From positions 72,620-136,619 of the forward strand of contig JAEOSU010000070.1 of the NCBI GenBank assembly GCA_016840165.1: 64,000 nt of DNA, read 5' to 3'. This DNA comes from Promethearchaeota archaeon (GTDB lineage Archaea; Asgardarchaeota; Lokiarchaeia; Sigyniarchaeales; SOKP01). A program made the translations under genes and the position numbers. This document shows, piece by piece, positions 40,038-50,072 of this stretch. Numbering within the stretch: position 1 is the first letter of the stretch; each line of letters opens with the position of its first letter. Below the pieces are notes generated by a model. That model did not search any database and was not told the origin of the DNA. It was given only the letters and a program-made list of their open reading frames with translations.

Positions 40038-40874
40038 TTAAACCTCTTTTGAGATATCCCTAATAAAATCTCTTTTATCAAGACTGAGATTGATCTTTCT
40101 CCGTCTCATTACGATATTTAGATTATCAATTAATTTTTCCGCGAAATATGAAAAGTTAAACTTAAAACTTGGATTTTTATTATAATAGCTTTTTAAAAAT
40201 AGATTAATGAGTTCAATTTTATTTCTTGGATCATTTAATTCAAATATTCCTGGATTTGTATCAAGTAATGAACAGCAGATCCATGATATATCAATAAGAT
40301 GATTGCCTTCTAATGCATCCTCAAAATCCATTCCGTAAACAATTCCCGTTTGAGGATTAAAAATAAAATCTCTTAATCTTGCGTCGCCTTTATTTAATAC
40401 TATCATTTCAGAATCGTTTTCTCGTGATATTATGTTGTTAGTATGTAGCTTCGATACCCATCTTGCTAAACTTTTTATACACAAAAGTATTTCTTGTCTT
40501 GTAATTTCCTCTAAATCATTAAAGTCTTCAACACCAATTAACTTATCGTTTATATAATCACAAGCATTAATACCATCCACCTTTTCAAGAATTAAATAAG
40601 GTTTTTTGTAAAAAAGTATTTCTGGGACTAATAGATTTTGTTTTTTTAGCTTTGTTAAGATTTCAACTTCTTTATCTGCATTTTCCGTTCGAAAAATCTT
40701 TAATATGCATAAACGTGGTAAACTCTCGGTTTCTTTGTTAAAGGTTAACAATAAAACAGAATTTTGTTTACTAGGGAGCTTTTGTAATAAGAAATGATTA
40801 AATTTATCAACAAGTTCAGGTAGTTCTTGTTTAAGTCCACTGATGATTTCCTTTCTTAGCTCTAACAATTCCAT
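40038..40874 (-). CDS. Protein-kinase-like phosphotransferase (APH/RIO/Bud32-like)
   Basis: ILKIF, LILEKVDG, KGDARLRDF, GMDFE. Confidence 0.75.
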   Translation of the reverse strand: MELLELRKEIISGLKQELPELVDKFNHFLLQKLPSKQNSVLLLTFNKETESLPRLCILKIFRTENADKEVEILTKLKKQNLLVPEILFYKKPYLILEKVDGINACDYINDKLIGVEDFNDLEEITRQEILLCIKSLARWVSKLHTNNIISRENDSEMIVLNKGDARLRDFIFNPQTGIVYGMDFEDALEGNHLIDISWICCSLLDTNPGIFELNDPRNKIELINLFLKSYYNKNPSFKFNFSYFAEKLIDNLNIVMRRRKINLSLDKRDFIRDISKEV

Positions 40875-41040
40875 TTTTTTAGTTTAATACAATTAGATTA
40901 TATATTCAAGATAAGTATCTTAATTCTTATATTTAACTCCAACTATTGCTTGTAGCTAAGATCGAATATGTTCGGCTTAAAGATTATATGATTTATGATT
41001 TATTATAATAATAGATAAAACGGTTCAAATAATTTTAATC

Positions 41041-41925
41041 ATGATGAATTCTAAGAAATATTCACTTGGGATATTCTATGGCACTGATCAAGATACCATC
41101 ATGCTTGCTCAAAAATTTGTGGGGAATCTTATCAATGACGATGAATTTTGTAAAGCGTGTGAATTATTAGAACAAAATGTCAAATGTGATAAGTGCCGAG
41201 AGAATTTAAAGAATTTTTCTGGAGATATTTATTTTTATGAACAAATTGGAAAGAATGCACCTGAACTTATTGAAAATCCCGAACAATTTTTACCCAAAAT
41301 GATTCCTGAGGTAGATTTTTTATTAGTTATCGGAATTCATCAGGATTTGCTTGCGGAATTACCATATTATTTGAGAGAAAAAGAAATTAAAGCTGTTATA
41401 ATTCCAATAGAAGACCCTAAGTGGGTTCCACCTGGACTTCAAGTTCAAGTTTTAGAAGACTTTGAGAAGTTTGGAATTCAAGCAGCATTTCCAAAACCTT
41501 TTTGCGCCTTAAGTAATAAATTAAATGAATATAATAAGGTTGGTTTTAATATTACTAAAGAGCGATCTCATATTAGAGAATTTATTGAGTATTTTAAAAT
41601 TGGAGAACCAATTGTAGCATTCTTATTGAGCAAGGATGGGAAAGCAATTGAGGATACATGTGTAATTCAAAGCGCTCCTTGTGGTTCCACCTATTTTATT
41701 GTACAGCAGTTAAAAGCTAAATATATTGAGAATGGTGAGGTAAGTTTAAATGAAAGAATTAGTAAAGCTCATCACTCCTATCCTTGTAATGCATCTATGG
41801 ACCAAGATTCAATTCTGAGAGATTCTATTCTGCACATTGGTGGGTATTTGATTAGAAATGTTATTAGATGTGAGTTAAATCTTGAAGAACAAGAAGGTCA
41901 AAAGTTAGTTTATGTTATAAAATGA
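41041..41925 (+). CDS. DUF166 family protein
   Basis: GIHQDL, PKPFCAL, SAPCGST, HHSYPC.ASM motifs. Confidence 0.75.
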   Translation: MMNSKKYSLGIFYGTDQDTIMLAQKFVGNLINDDEFCKACELLEQNVKCDKCRENLKNFSGDIYFYEQIGKNAPELIENPEQFLPKMIPEVDFLLVIGIHQDLLAELPYYLREKEIKAVIIPIEDPKWVPPGLQVQVLEDFEKFGIQAAFPKPFCALSNKLNEYNKVGFNITKERSHIREFIEYFKIGEPIVAFLLSKDGKAIEDTCVIQSAPCGSTYFIVQQLKAKYIENGEVSLNERISKAHHSYPCNASMDQDSILRDSILHIGGYLIRNVIRCELNLEEQEGQKLVYVIK

Positions 41926-42241
41926 GAATGAAAATGTCAGGAGCAAATATATCTGAACGTATGGGTTTGGCTCTTATAGATGAACAAATTAAAAGATTAC
42001 TCCGAAAACATATACACTTTAAAAACATTAATAATCAAGCATGATACGCAATGAAATGGTATAAAGCAATTTTTAATTAATTTCTCTCTATAATCAATCT
42101 AACTTAGAATATTTATTTATTAAAAATAAAGTAAATTTAACAAAAGTTTCAATAGAGTATACCCTAAGCTATATTTTTTTATACTCCATAAATGTTAAGT
42201 TCTAATTGAAATATATACATTCATTACATAGGTGAGAAATT

Positions 42242-44389
42242 ATAGTTAAAGTAGCATGTTCATCCTCTCTTTGCGAACTAGAGGAGGAGGAAGAGGAAGA
42301 ATCTTTTTTTGAAAAAAAATTCTGGTATTTTATTATTCCTTCAGCTATCTTACTTGGAATCTCAATTTTTTTAGAGTTTGCATTTAAAATTGTATTAAGC
42401 GCTCAAATTCTTGCTATTGCTTCAGCAATTCTTTCAAGTTCTGGTATTGTTAAGGAAACATTCGAAGATGTTAAAAAGAAAAAAATTACTGCTAATCTAT
42501 TAATGTTAATAGCTGGCGTTGCTTCATTTTTTATACTACATGGTCAAGAAGGTGCTACTGCATTACTATTATATGCAATAGCAGAAAGATTGGAAGAAAT
42601 AACTACTGAAAAATCAAGAAATGCTATTAAAAAATTACTTGAACTTGCTCCTGATGAAGCATTACTGAAATCTGACAAAGGATATGTGAATGTTCCTTCA
42701 AAAGAAGTGAAATTAGGGAATATAGTTGGGATAAAACCTGGAATGAAAGTACCCTTGGATGGTACTATTGTAAAAGGAAGTTCCTTTTTTGATGAAAGTG
42801 CAATCACTGGTGAATCTATCCCAGTCTTTAAACAAGAGGGTGATAAAATATTTGCGGCTAGTTTGAATTCTGATAGTTTTGTAGATGTCGAGGTTACAAG
42901 AGAAAGTTCAAATACAATTGTAGCTCAAATTGCGGAAAGCGTAAAAATTGCTCAGCAAAATAAAAGTAATCACGAAAAATTTATTGAAAAATTTGCTAAA
43001 TATTATACTCCTATTATTCTTCTAGCATCCATTTTAGTTATGCTAATTCCCTCTTTATTAGGACTTAACTTTTTTGATTGGTTTTATCGTGGATTAGTTT
43101 TACTTGTAGTTTCATGTCCTTGCGCATTAACACTCTCAAATCCTTTGGCTAATATTAGTGCTTTAACTAAGCTTGCTAGAGAAGGAATAAGGGTTAAGGG
43201 AAATAAATATATAGAGTTAGCTGATAATGTGCAATTAGTAGCATTTGATAAGACTGGAACTTTAACAGAGGGAAAATTAAAAGTTTTTGATGTAATCAGC
43301 CATGGCATTTCAAAAGAGAGATTACTACAAATCGTTGCGAGTTTGGAAGCAATTTCTGAACATCCTATTGGCAATGCTATCGTTAGTCAATCGAAAGTAA
43401 TGGATTTACCTTTATTAACTGTAAAAAATTTTAAAGTAATAAAAGGAATGGGGTTAGAAGGTGTAATAGATAAAACTCTATATCATATAGGAAGTCAAAA
43501 ATATTTGGAGAGCATAGGTTATGAGATACCTAATGAAGACTTAAACTATTTCGGCAGTCAAGGAGTCATACCTGTATTTCTTGGGAGCAATAATAATCTT
43601 TTAGGGTTAATAACCATTAGGGATGTTTTAAGAGTGTCAGCTCCAATATTAATTGATGAATTGAAGAAAATGGGATTGGAAACAGTCTTAATTTCTGGAG
43701 ATCACCAAGCAGTATGCAACACTATAGGTGCTTGTTTAGATATGAATGTTGCTCAAGGTGAACTTTTACCCGACCAAAAATTAGAAATAATACGTTCAAA
43801 CAAAGAAAAGAATAAAAAAGTTGCCATGGTTGGAGACGGGATTAATGATGCTCCATCTTTGGCATTATCTGATCTAGGTATTGCCATTGGGGCCTCGGCG
43901 ACAGATTTAACTCTTGAAACGGCAGACGTCATTATTATGAGCGATGATTTAAAGAAAATTATAACTTTTTTTAATATCGCAAAAAAGACCAATAAGATTA
44001 TAAAACAAAATATTTGGGGCTCTATTTTAATTAAAGTGTCATTCGCAATTCTCACTGTAATTGGGTTAATGACTTTATGGTTGGCAGTTGGAATTGGAGA
44101 TATGGGAGTCTCATTAGCAGTATTATTCAATGGGATGAGAATTTTCAGATATAAAGTTAAATACAAAGATCTGAGCACTGATATGGTTGAGAATGAAGCA
44201 AAATCAATTGTATGTAGAACATGCAATACACGGAATATTTTACCTCAGCATCACGGAAGAGATATGGTGAAAACCGAAAAAAAGTTGGTATGTTGGAGAA
44301 AACTATTAAACAGTGATGAGTTAGAACCGTGCGAGGAAGAAATTCCATTGTTATGCCCCCAATGTAATAATGAATTAGAGGTTATTTAA
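42242..44389 (+). CDS. Heavy-metal P1B-type ATPase (Zn/Cd/Pb, ZntA/CadA-like) with C-terminal Cys/His domain
   Basis: TGES, CPC, DKTGT, SEHP, GDGIND, TM8 DMG; frame open 87 codons upstream of ATG 42503, adding two TM helices, from an ATA after AGGTGA. Confidence 0.9.
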   Translation: MVKVACSSSLCELEEEEEEESFFEKKFWYFIIPSAILLGISIFLEFAFKIVLSAQILAIASAILSSSGIVKETFEDVKKKKITANLLMLIAGVASFFILHGQEGATALLLYAIAERLEEITTEKSRNAIKKLLELAPDEALLKSDKGYVNVPSKEVKLGNIVGIKPGMKVPLDGTIVKGSSFFDESAITGESIPVFKQEGDKIFAASLNSDSFVDVEVTRESSNTIVAQIAESVKIAQQNKSNHEKFIEKFAKYYTPIILLASILVMLIPSLLGLNFFDWFYRGLVLLVVSCPCALTLSNPLANISALTKLAREGIRVKGNKYIELADNVQLVAFDKTGTLTEGKLKVFDVISHGISKERLLQIVASLEAISEHPIGNAIVSQSKVMDLPLLTVKNFKVIKGMGLEGVIDKTLYHIGSQKYLESIGYEIPNEDLNYFGSQGVIPVFLGSNNNLLGLITIRDVLRVSAPILIDELKKMGLETVLISGDHQAVCNTIGACLDMNVAQGELLPDQKLEIIRSNKEKNKKVAMVGDGINDAPSLALSDLGIAIGASATDLTLETADVIIMSDDLKKIITFFNIAKKTNKIIKQNIWGSILIKVSFAILTVIGLMTLWLAVGIGDMGVSLAVLFNGMRIFRYKVKYKDLSTDMVENEAKSIVCRTCNTRNILPQHHGRDMVKTEKKLVCWRKLLNSDELEPCEEEIPLLCPQCNNELEVI

Positions 44390-44400
44390 ATTAATATAAA

Positions 44401-44485
44401 TGCGGAGAGGGAGATTTGAACTCCCGAACCCCTACGGGACTGGATTCTGAGTCCAGCGCCTTTAACCAGACTTGGCAATCCCCGC
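44401..44485 (-). tRNA. tRNA-Leu(CAG)
   Basis: Reverse complement GCGGGGA...CTGGA-CTCAGAA-TCCAG, long variable arm, GGGAG-TTCAAAT-CTCCC, discriminator A. Confidence 0.95.
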
Positions 44486-44679
44486 ATTTCAATTTTTTTA
44501 TATTAGTTACAAATTCAGAATGGTTCTAAGATATAAAATAATTTAATTTTCAAAAATATTTGTTATCTTCTCCTTATTAGAAATAGCGATAGTGCATACT
44601 AATTTTAATACCAATAATACTAATATATTATTAAAACTAATAATAATCACAGAAAGTAATTTAAAATCCCCTTGTTCTC

Positions 44680-45438
44680 ATGACAAATCCTCCAGATAAA
44701 GATCAAGAAAAAGGTGGAATGCCTGAACGAAAAGAAATCTCCCTTACTGTATACCAGTTTAATGATGAAATCGGAGATTTTGAAGAGTTAATTATTGATC
44801 CCGATGTTAAATTACCAGAATTATTAGATGAGGATTTCATCTTACTTTTTGTTGATCCGCAACATTATCGTGTTTGGTTGTGGCATGGATTAAATACTAC
44901 TACTCGTATGAAATTTATTGCGGCAAAAATGGCAGCTCCTATACGAGATAAACATGGTATTGCGTTTAAAATAACAGCAGTTGATCAAGATATGGAAACC
45001 CGTGGTTTTAAGGTCATGCTCGGTTTAGAAGAGGAGATTGATTACTCTAAAGAACAAACTGGTCCGGCATTTAAAGATACTGAAGAAGATCTTGAACTAC
45101 TTAAAGAGATAAAAGAAGAAAAAATTCTTTTAATCCTTGAAAAGGCAGGACTACCTGAAGGCTATAAAAGAAAGATGGTAATCGTCAAGAATAAGCTCTA
45201 TGGATATAAAGAATTTAAGACAAATTACACTGGTTCGGTTTATATGGAACCAAAGTTATTTCCCTTAAAAGAGGAAGTAGAAGATGGGGCATATTTGGCT
45301 GAGAATCTTGTTCCAAGAATGCTTATATCCTATAATAATGTCGTATTAACTGAGTTACTTGAAAAAGTGAACGGAAAGATTTCTAAGAATGTAGCGAATG
45401 ACGTTAGTGATGATGATAGCATTGATAAATTATCATAG
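44680..45438 (+). CDS. Gelsolin-domain protein with C-terminal extra domain (1DGelX-like)
   Basis: LLDEDFILLFVD...RVWLWHG....RMKFIAA...A..IRD...AVDQ..E...F gelsolin pattern. Confidence 0.7.
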   Translation: MTNPPDKDQEKGGMPERKEISLTVYQFNDEIGDFEELIIDPDVKLPELLDEDFILLFVDPQHYRVWLWHGLNTTTRMKFIAAKMAAPIRDKHGIAFKITAVDQDMETRGFKVMLGLEEEIDYSKEQTGPAFKDTEEDLELLKEIKEEKILLILEKAGLPEGYKRKMVIVKNKLYGYKEFKTNYTGSVYMEPKLFPLKEEVEDGAYLAENLVPRMLISYNNVVLTELLEKVNGKISKNVANDVSDDDSIDKLS

Positions 45439-45444
45439 CTCTAA

Positions 45445-46188
45445 TTGAGTATTGAAGAAAAGGTCATCTCATTGCGACTTAAAACTATGGATGTTGGATT
45501 TCTTGTTAGTTTAATTATTATTTCGATTGTTTCACTTGATCTTGTCTTGAATGAGAGCCATAGAAAGATAATCGAAAATATATCGAAGTATCCCCCATTC
45601 CAAAATTTCTTCACAGGATTACTAATAACATTTATTATAACATTAATAGGAAATCTCATTCCGTTTCCGACTCCTTATACTTTTGTCCTATGCTATAGTT
45701 CATTACCATTCATAAATTTAAATTTCATATACCCACTGCTTTTCGCTTTAGTTGCTAGTTTTGGATGCCTACTAGGTGAATTGGGAGGCTATTTTGTTGG
45801 TCGAGGGACATTTGAGTTCATTTCGGAGAAACATCAAACTAGAATAGAGAAATATCACCAATTTCTTATAGATCATCCGAAAGTGACTCCATTCTTAATT
45901 TTCTTTGCCGCCTTAACTCCAATATCGGATGATTTTATTACCGTCCCGTTAGGTATGCTAAAATATTCATTCAAAAAAACAACTTTTTGGTGTTGGCTCG
46001 GAAAACTAGGGTTGATGTCGATATTTGCCTATAATTTAATAGATATATGCAATTTATTAGGAGGAGAAAGCTGGATCTTAAGTATAATTTCACTTTATTT
46101 AATTGTTTTATTAATGTATGTTCTACTCAAAATTGATATATTTGAAATATTGAGTAAAATATTCAAAAAAGAAAATAAATTTGAGTAG
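45445..46188 (+). CDS. VTT/DedA (SNARE-associated) family membrane protein
   Basis: IPFPTPY, LGELGGYFVG, AALTPISDD motifs. Confidence 0.8.
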   Translation: MSIEEKVISLRLKTMDVGFLVSLIIISIVSLDLVLNESHRKIIENISKYPPFQNFFTGLLITFIITLIGNLIPFPTPYTFVLCYSSLPFINLNFIYPLLFALVASFGCLLGELGGYFVGRGTFEFISEKHQTRIEKYHQFLIDHPKVTPFLIFFAALTPISDDFITVPLGMLKYSFKKTTFWCWLGKLGLMSIFAYNLIDICNLLGGESWILSIISLYLIVLLMYVLLKIDIFEILSKIFKKENKFE

Positions 46189-46197
46189 TAATATCTC

Positions 46198-47724
46198 TTA
46201 TTCTTTATCTTTAATTTCAATCCCATCAGGTAAAGTTATGCTATCAACCATAAGATCTTCTGCTTTCTTATATTCATCAAACGTGCGCGCTTCCACATCT
46301 TCAATATATTTTAAAAGTGTTTGATCAAGATCTTTTGAGATTTCATTTTCCTGATGTGTTTCTAGAATTTCTGCTACTTTCTCGCTTGCTCTTTGAATAA
46401 TATCTTTTGCTCCTTTTTTATACCATGATGACCTTCTATTCCTATCGGATAACTTAGGAAAATATAATTCTTTTTTCATGTGGTTTTTTGTATGTCTTTC
46501 TGCAAGAAAATTTACTCCTTTTCGCTCTGTAGTAGCAACTTTCTTAATAACTTCTAAACCAATAGTATCTTCATTTACCGCTATCCCTTCAATTGCGCGT
46601 TTAACCATTCCGATCAGATCATCATCAATAACCAGCAACTCTAATGCTTCAACTAAGGTTGCTTCATAGGTCCCTGCACACGTAATATAATTAATGCCTG
46701 CTTGAGTAGCTAACATTAAGGTTTGTAGTCGTTCGTATCCATTTTGCATATCTAATAGTTTTGAATCGGTACCACATCCTGGACCTCTCGAAGGTATGTT
46801 ATAAAATCGCGCTAATTGAGCGATACCTGCGGTAATTAATCCCATTTCAATAGATCCCATAGCTGAATTTCCAGTTCTCATATCTGTTATATGAGATACG
46901 GTTCCATAAAATATTGGTGCTCCAGGATTATAAATCTGGGAGAGGACTATGCTGCCAAGAATTTCTGCATTAGTTTGGGTTAATAAACCTGCTAAAGTAA
47001 CGGGAGATGATGTTCCCGCAAGAGCTTCTGGAGCAATGATCGTCGGTTGTTTATATTTGGCAAATACCTCAAATCCATTTGTCATAATTTGAGGAAGATG
47101 TAAGGGACTCGTCGGATTCATAAACCCTACTAATCGAGGATGGGCAATTAATTCTTTTTCTCCTCCAACTATCATGGAGGTTAAATTCATCATATCTTGA
47201 CTTGCTAATCTACCAAGACAGCCAAGTCCATAAGGTTTTTTGGTATTTTTTACCCATTGATATATGCAATGGGCATGGAGTGCGGTATATTTGATATCAT
47301 TTGGCCATACATCAATATGAGAGCAGATTACATGTTCTAGACTATCTACAATGCGTATTTGGTTGATAGTATCCGCCATCACCGTTTTTCGTACACCTTT
47401 CTTATGATTAGGATCGTATATCTTAACTGGGGTACCAATTGTTGCGAATTCAGTATGTTTAACGTCTATAGTAGCCTTAAATTTCCCATCTGGACCGTAG
47501 AGGGTGAAAGAGTTGAGTACTGATTTTAGTTTTTCTTTGATTAATGATTCCGAAAATTTAACGAATAAAGAATCATCGCTCACTTCAGCTCCATTTTGTT
47601 TTAAAATAGCTCTTGCTTTTTCTGAATCAACCTTGATCCCGACTTCTTTAAGTAATTCTAAAGATGAGGAGTGAATCTTATCTAATTCATCTGAAGAAAA
47701 TACATCAATCTTATTTAGTTTCAT
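46198..47724 (-). CDS. mttB: Trimethylamine methyltransferase (MttB) superfamily, non-pyrrolysine
   Basis: NPTSPL, AGTSSPVTLAG, DSK..DMQNGYE, AG.YE; no in-frame TAG. Confidence 0.85.
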   Translation of the reverse strand: MKLNKIDVFSSDELDKIHSSSLELLKEVGIKVDSEKARAILKQNGAEVSDDSLFVKFSESLIKEKLKSVLNSFTLYGPDGKFKATIDVKHTEFATIGTPVKIYDPNHKKGVRKTVMADTINQIRIVDSLEHVICSHIDVWPNDIKYTALHAHCIYQWVKNTKKPYGLGCLGRLASQDMMNLTSMIVGGEKELIAHPRLVGFMNPTSPLHLPQIMTNGFEVFAKYKQPTIIAPEALAGTSSPVTLAGLLTQTNAEILGSIVLSQIYNPGAPIFYGTVSHITDMRTGNSAMGSIEMGLITAGIAQLARFYNIPSRGPGCGTDSKLLDMQNGYERLQTLMLATQAGINYITCAGTYEATLVEALELLVIDDDLIGMVKRAIEGIAVNEDTIGLEVIKKVATTERKGVNFLAERHTKNHMKKELYFPKLSDRNRRSSWYKKGAKDIIQRASEKVAEILETHQENEISKDLDQTLLKYIEDVEARTFDEYKKAEDLMVDSITLPDGIEIKDKE

Positions 47725-47739
47725 AATTCATTCTTGCGC

Positions 47740-48390
47740 TCAGTTTTTATTTTCAATAATTTGTTTTATCATAGCTACGGCTTCGATTGCATCATCCGCC
47801 CATGCATCAGCACCTATTTCTTGTGCCCATTCTTCAGATGTAGGAGCTCCTCCAACTATAACCTTGTATTTCTCTCTCAAACCTCTTTTATTTAGCTCTT
47901 CTATGACTTGTCGTTGAAAATCCATCGACATGGTCAAAAGGGAGGACATTCCAATTATATCGGCATCCACCTCTTCAGCTTTATTAATGAAATCTTCGGC
48001 TGTTACCTCCACACCTAAATTGAACACTTCAAATCCATTTGAGAAAAGAAAAGATGCGACTAAATCCTTACCGATACTGTGAACGTCACTCTCGACCGTA
48101 CCGATGACGACCTTTCCTAATGTTTTCATCTCACCACCTTTAGCTCGGATAGCAGGATCTAACACCTCATCAATTACTGCTTTAACAACGTTTGCAGAAC
48201 CAATTAAATCGGGTAAGAATATTTCTTCATTCTCAAACTGATCCCCAATAAATTTCATTATACTTCCAATTATTTTGAGCAATTCTTCTGCTGAAGTTTG
48301 ATTCTCCTTTAGAAGAGAACTGCAAAATTCCTTTAATCCATCTTCATCCCAATCTACCACAAGATTTTTCATTTTCTCTTCAATAGTCAT
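47740..48390 (-). CDS. Methyltransferase cognate corrinoid protein (MttC/MtaC-like)
   Basis: B12 motif DVHSIG...SSLLT...VGGAP; cap motif IFLPDL. Confidence 0.9.
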   Translation of the reverse strand: MTIEEKMKNLVVDWDEDGLKEFCSSLLKENQTSAEELLKIIGSIMKFIGDQFENEEIFLPDLIGSANVVKAVIDEVLDPAIRAKGGEMKTLGKVVIGTVESDVHSIGKDLVASFLFSNGFEVFNLGVEVTAEDFINKAEEVDADIIGMSSLLTMSMDFQRQVIEELNKRGLREKYKVIVGGAPTSEEWAQEIGADAWADDAIEAVAMIKQIIENKN

Positions 48391-48561
48391 AGCTATCTTC
48401 TTTTTTGATTGTAGGTATTAAAATTTTATATTATACAACACTCAATATCAAAAAAAGTTTTTCAAAAAATAGATAAGCTGACGCTAAATAATACTAAATT
48501 ATCAATATTTATGTTAAATATCAAGGGTTTTGCTGAACTCTTGTAGAGGAATATTTAGAAA

Positions 48562-50070
48562 ATGAAACAAAATCAAATAAATGTATTATCTCAAGAAGAA
48601 ATCGATATAATCCACAATCATACTCTCGATTTATTAGAAACGATAGGAATTCGGGTAGATTCTATTGAGGCAAAGGAATTACTGAGAGAAAATGGAGCGA
48701 TAATAGACGAGAAAAGCGATTATGTTAAATTTCCAGAAAGCTTGGTAAAAGAACAGCTAAAAAAAGTTCCTGATTCATTTACTTTATGGGGCTCCGATGG
48801 AACATATAAGTTTGATGTGAATACCAAGAGCGTCAATTTCGCTACAGTAGGTACTCCTGTTAATATATATGACCCAGATCATAAAAAAGGTATAAGAAAA
48901 ACAGTTTTAAGTGACAACGTAAACCAAATAAGAGTAGTAGATAGTCTTAAAAACATCAGATGCTCTCACGTGGATGTATGGCCGAATGACGTTCCATATC
49001 TTGAAACACATTATCATACAATACGCGCTTGGGCCGAACATAGTTTTAAGCCTTATGGATTGGGTTGCTATGGAAGAATAGCGAGTCAAGATATGATGAA
49101 TCTCACATCCATTATTATTGGAGGTGATAAGGAATTAATCAATAGACCACGATTGGTTGGCTTTTTTAATCCAACAAGTCCGTTGATGCTTACGAAAATA
49201 TTACTAAATGGGTTATTTATTTTTGCCAAGTATAAACAGCCGACGATTATTGCGCCGGCTGCAAGTGCTGGATCTACGGCACCAGTCACACTTGCTGGTT
49301 TACTGGTCCAATCCAATATGGAAGTCCTATCTTCGATAGTATTAACTCAGCTAATTAATCCTGGAACTCCAGTGTTTTATTCTACAATGAATTGTCCTAT
49401 GGATCCTCCAACTGGGAATGTCGCATGGGGATCAGTAGAAACGGGGTTAATTACTGCTGGAGCAGCTCAATTAGCACGGTTTTATAATATTCCTTCACGT
49501 GGTCCAGGAGCAGTAACCGAATCAAAATGTTTCGATATTCAAAATGGTTATGAGAGATTTATGACCTTATTGTTTGCTGCAAATGCGGGTATTAATTATA
49601 TTACTTGTGCTGGTACCTATGAATCCTCATTAGCAGAAGCATTAGAACTACTGGTTATTGATGATGAGATAATTGATATCATCAATAGAGGAAGGGAAGG
49701 AATTAATGTGAATGACGAAACGCTAGCACTCGAACAGATCAAGAGAGTTGCATTGGAAGGAAAGAATTATTTAATGCTAAAACATACTGCTAAAAACACA
49801 AGAAAAGAGATTTTTGTTCCCAAATTAGCTGATAGGGATCGAAGAGGGATTTGGAAGCGTAATGGCTCAAAAGATATTATTCAAAGAGCAAGAGAGAAGG
49901 TAAACCAAATACTTGAATCTCAGAAAGGTCCTGGAATTTCAGAGGGTGTAGATAAGCAGCTAAAAGAATATTTCAAAGAAATATCTTCACGAAACATGGA
50001 TTTTTTCAGAAAGGCGGAAGATTTGGATAAAGATAAAGATGTGAAAGGAATTAGTGGATTGGAGGGATAA
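48562..50070 (+). CDS. mttB: Trimethylamine methyltransferase (MttB) superfamily, non-pyrrolysine; paralog of 46198-47724
   Basis: Long near-identical blocks with the paralog (YDP.HKKG.RKTV, ARFYNIPSRGPG, INYITCAGTYE). Confidence 0.85.
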   Translation: MKQNQINVLSQEEIDIIHNHTLDLLETIGIRVDSIEAKELLRENGAIIDEKSDYVKFPESLVKEQLKKVPDSFTLWGSDGTYKFDVNTKSVNFATVGTPVNIYDPDHKKGIRKTVLSDNVNQIRVVDSLKNIRCSHVDVWPNDVPYLETHYHTIRAWAEHSFKPYGLGCYGRIASQDMMNLTSIIIGGDKELINRPRLVGFFNPTSPLMLTKILLNGLFIFAKYKQPTIIAPAASAGSTAPVTLAGLLVQSNMEVLSSIVLTQLINPGTPVFYSTMNCPMDPPTGNVAWGSVETGLITAGAAQLARFYNIPSRGPGAVTESKCFDIQNGYERFMTLLFAANAGINYITCAGTYESSLAEALELLVIDDEIIDIINRGREGINVNDETLALEQIKRVALEGKNYLMLKHTAKNTRKEIFVPKLADRDRRGIWKRNGSKDIIQRAREKVNQILESQKGPGISEGVDKQLKEYFKEISSRNMDFFRKAEDLDKDKDVKGISGLEG

Positions 50071-50072
50071 AG

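Noticed and set aside
40960-40976. Imperfect palindrome CGAATATGTTCG resembling a LexA-type box
   Set aside because: Short, single instance with no supporting regulator; may be chance.
44390-44680. Integrated element at tRNA-Leu
   Set aside because: No integrase and no duplicated tRNA 3' end found in the window.
46198-50070. Pyrrolysine usage in mttB genes
   Set aside because: Both ORFs are full length with no in-frame TAG; no pyl genes in the window.
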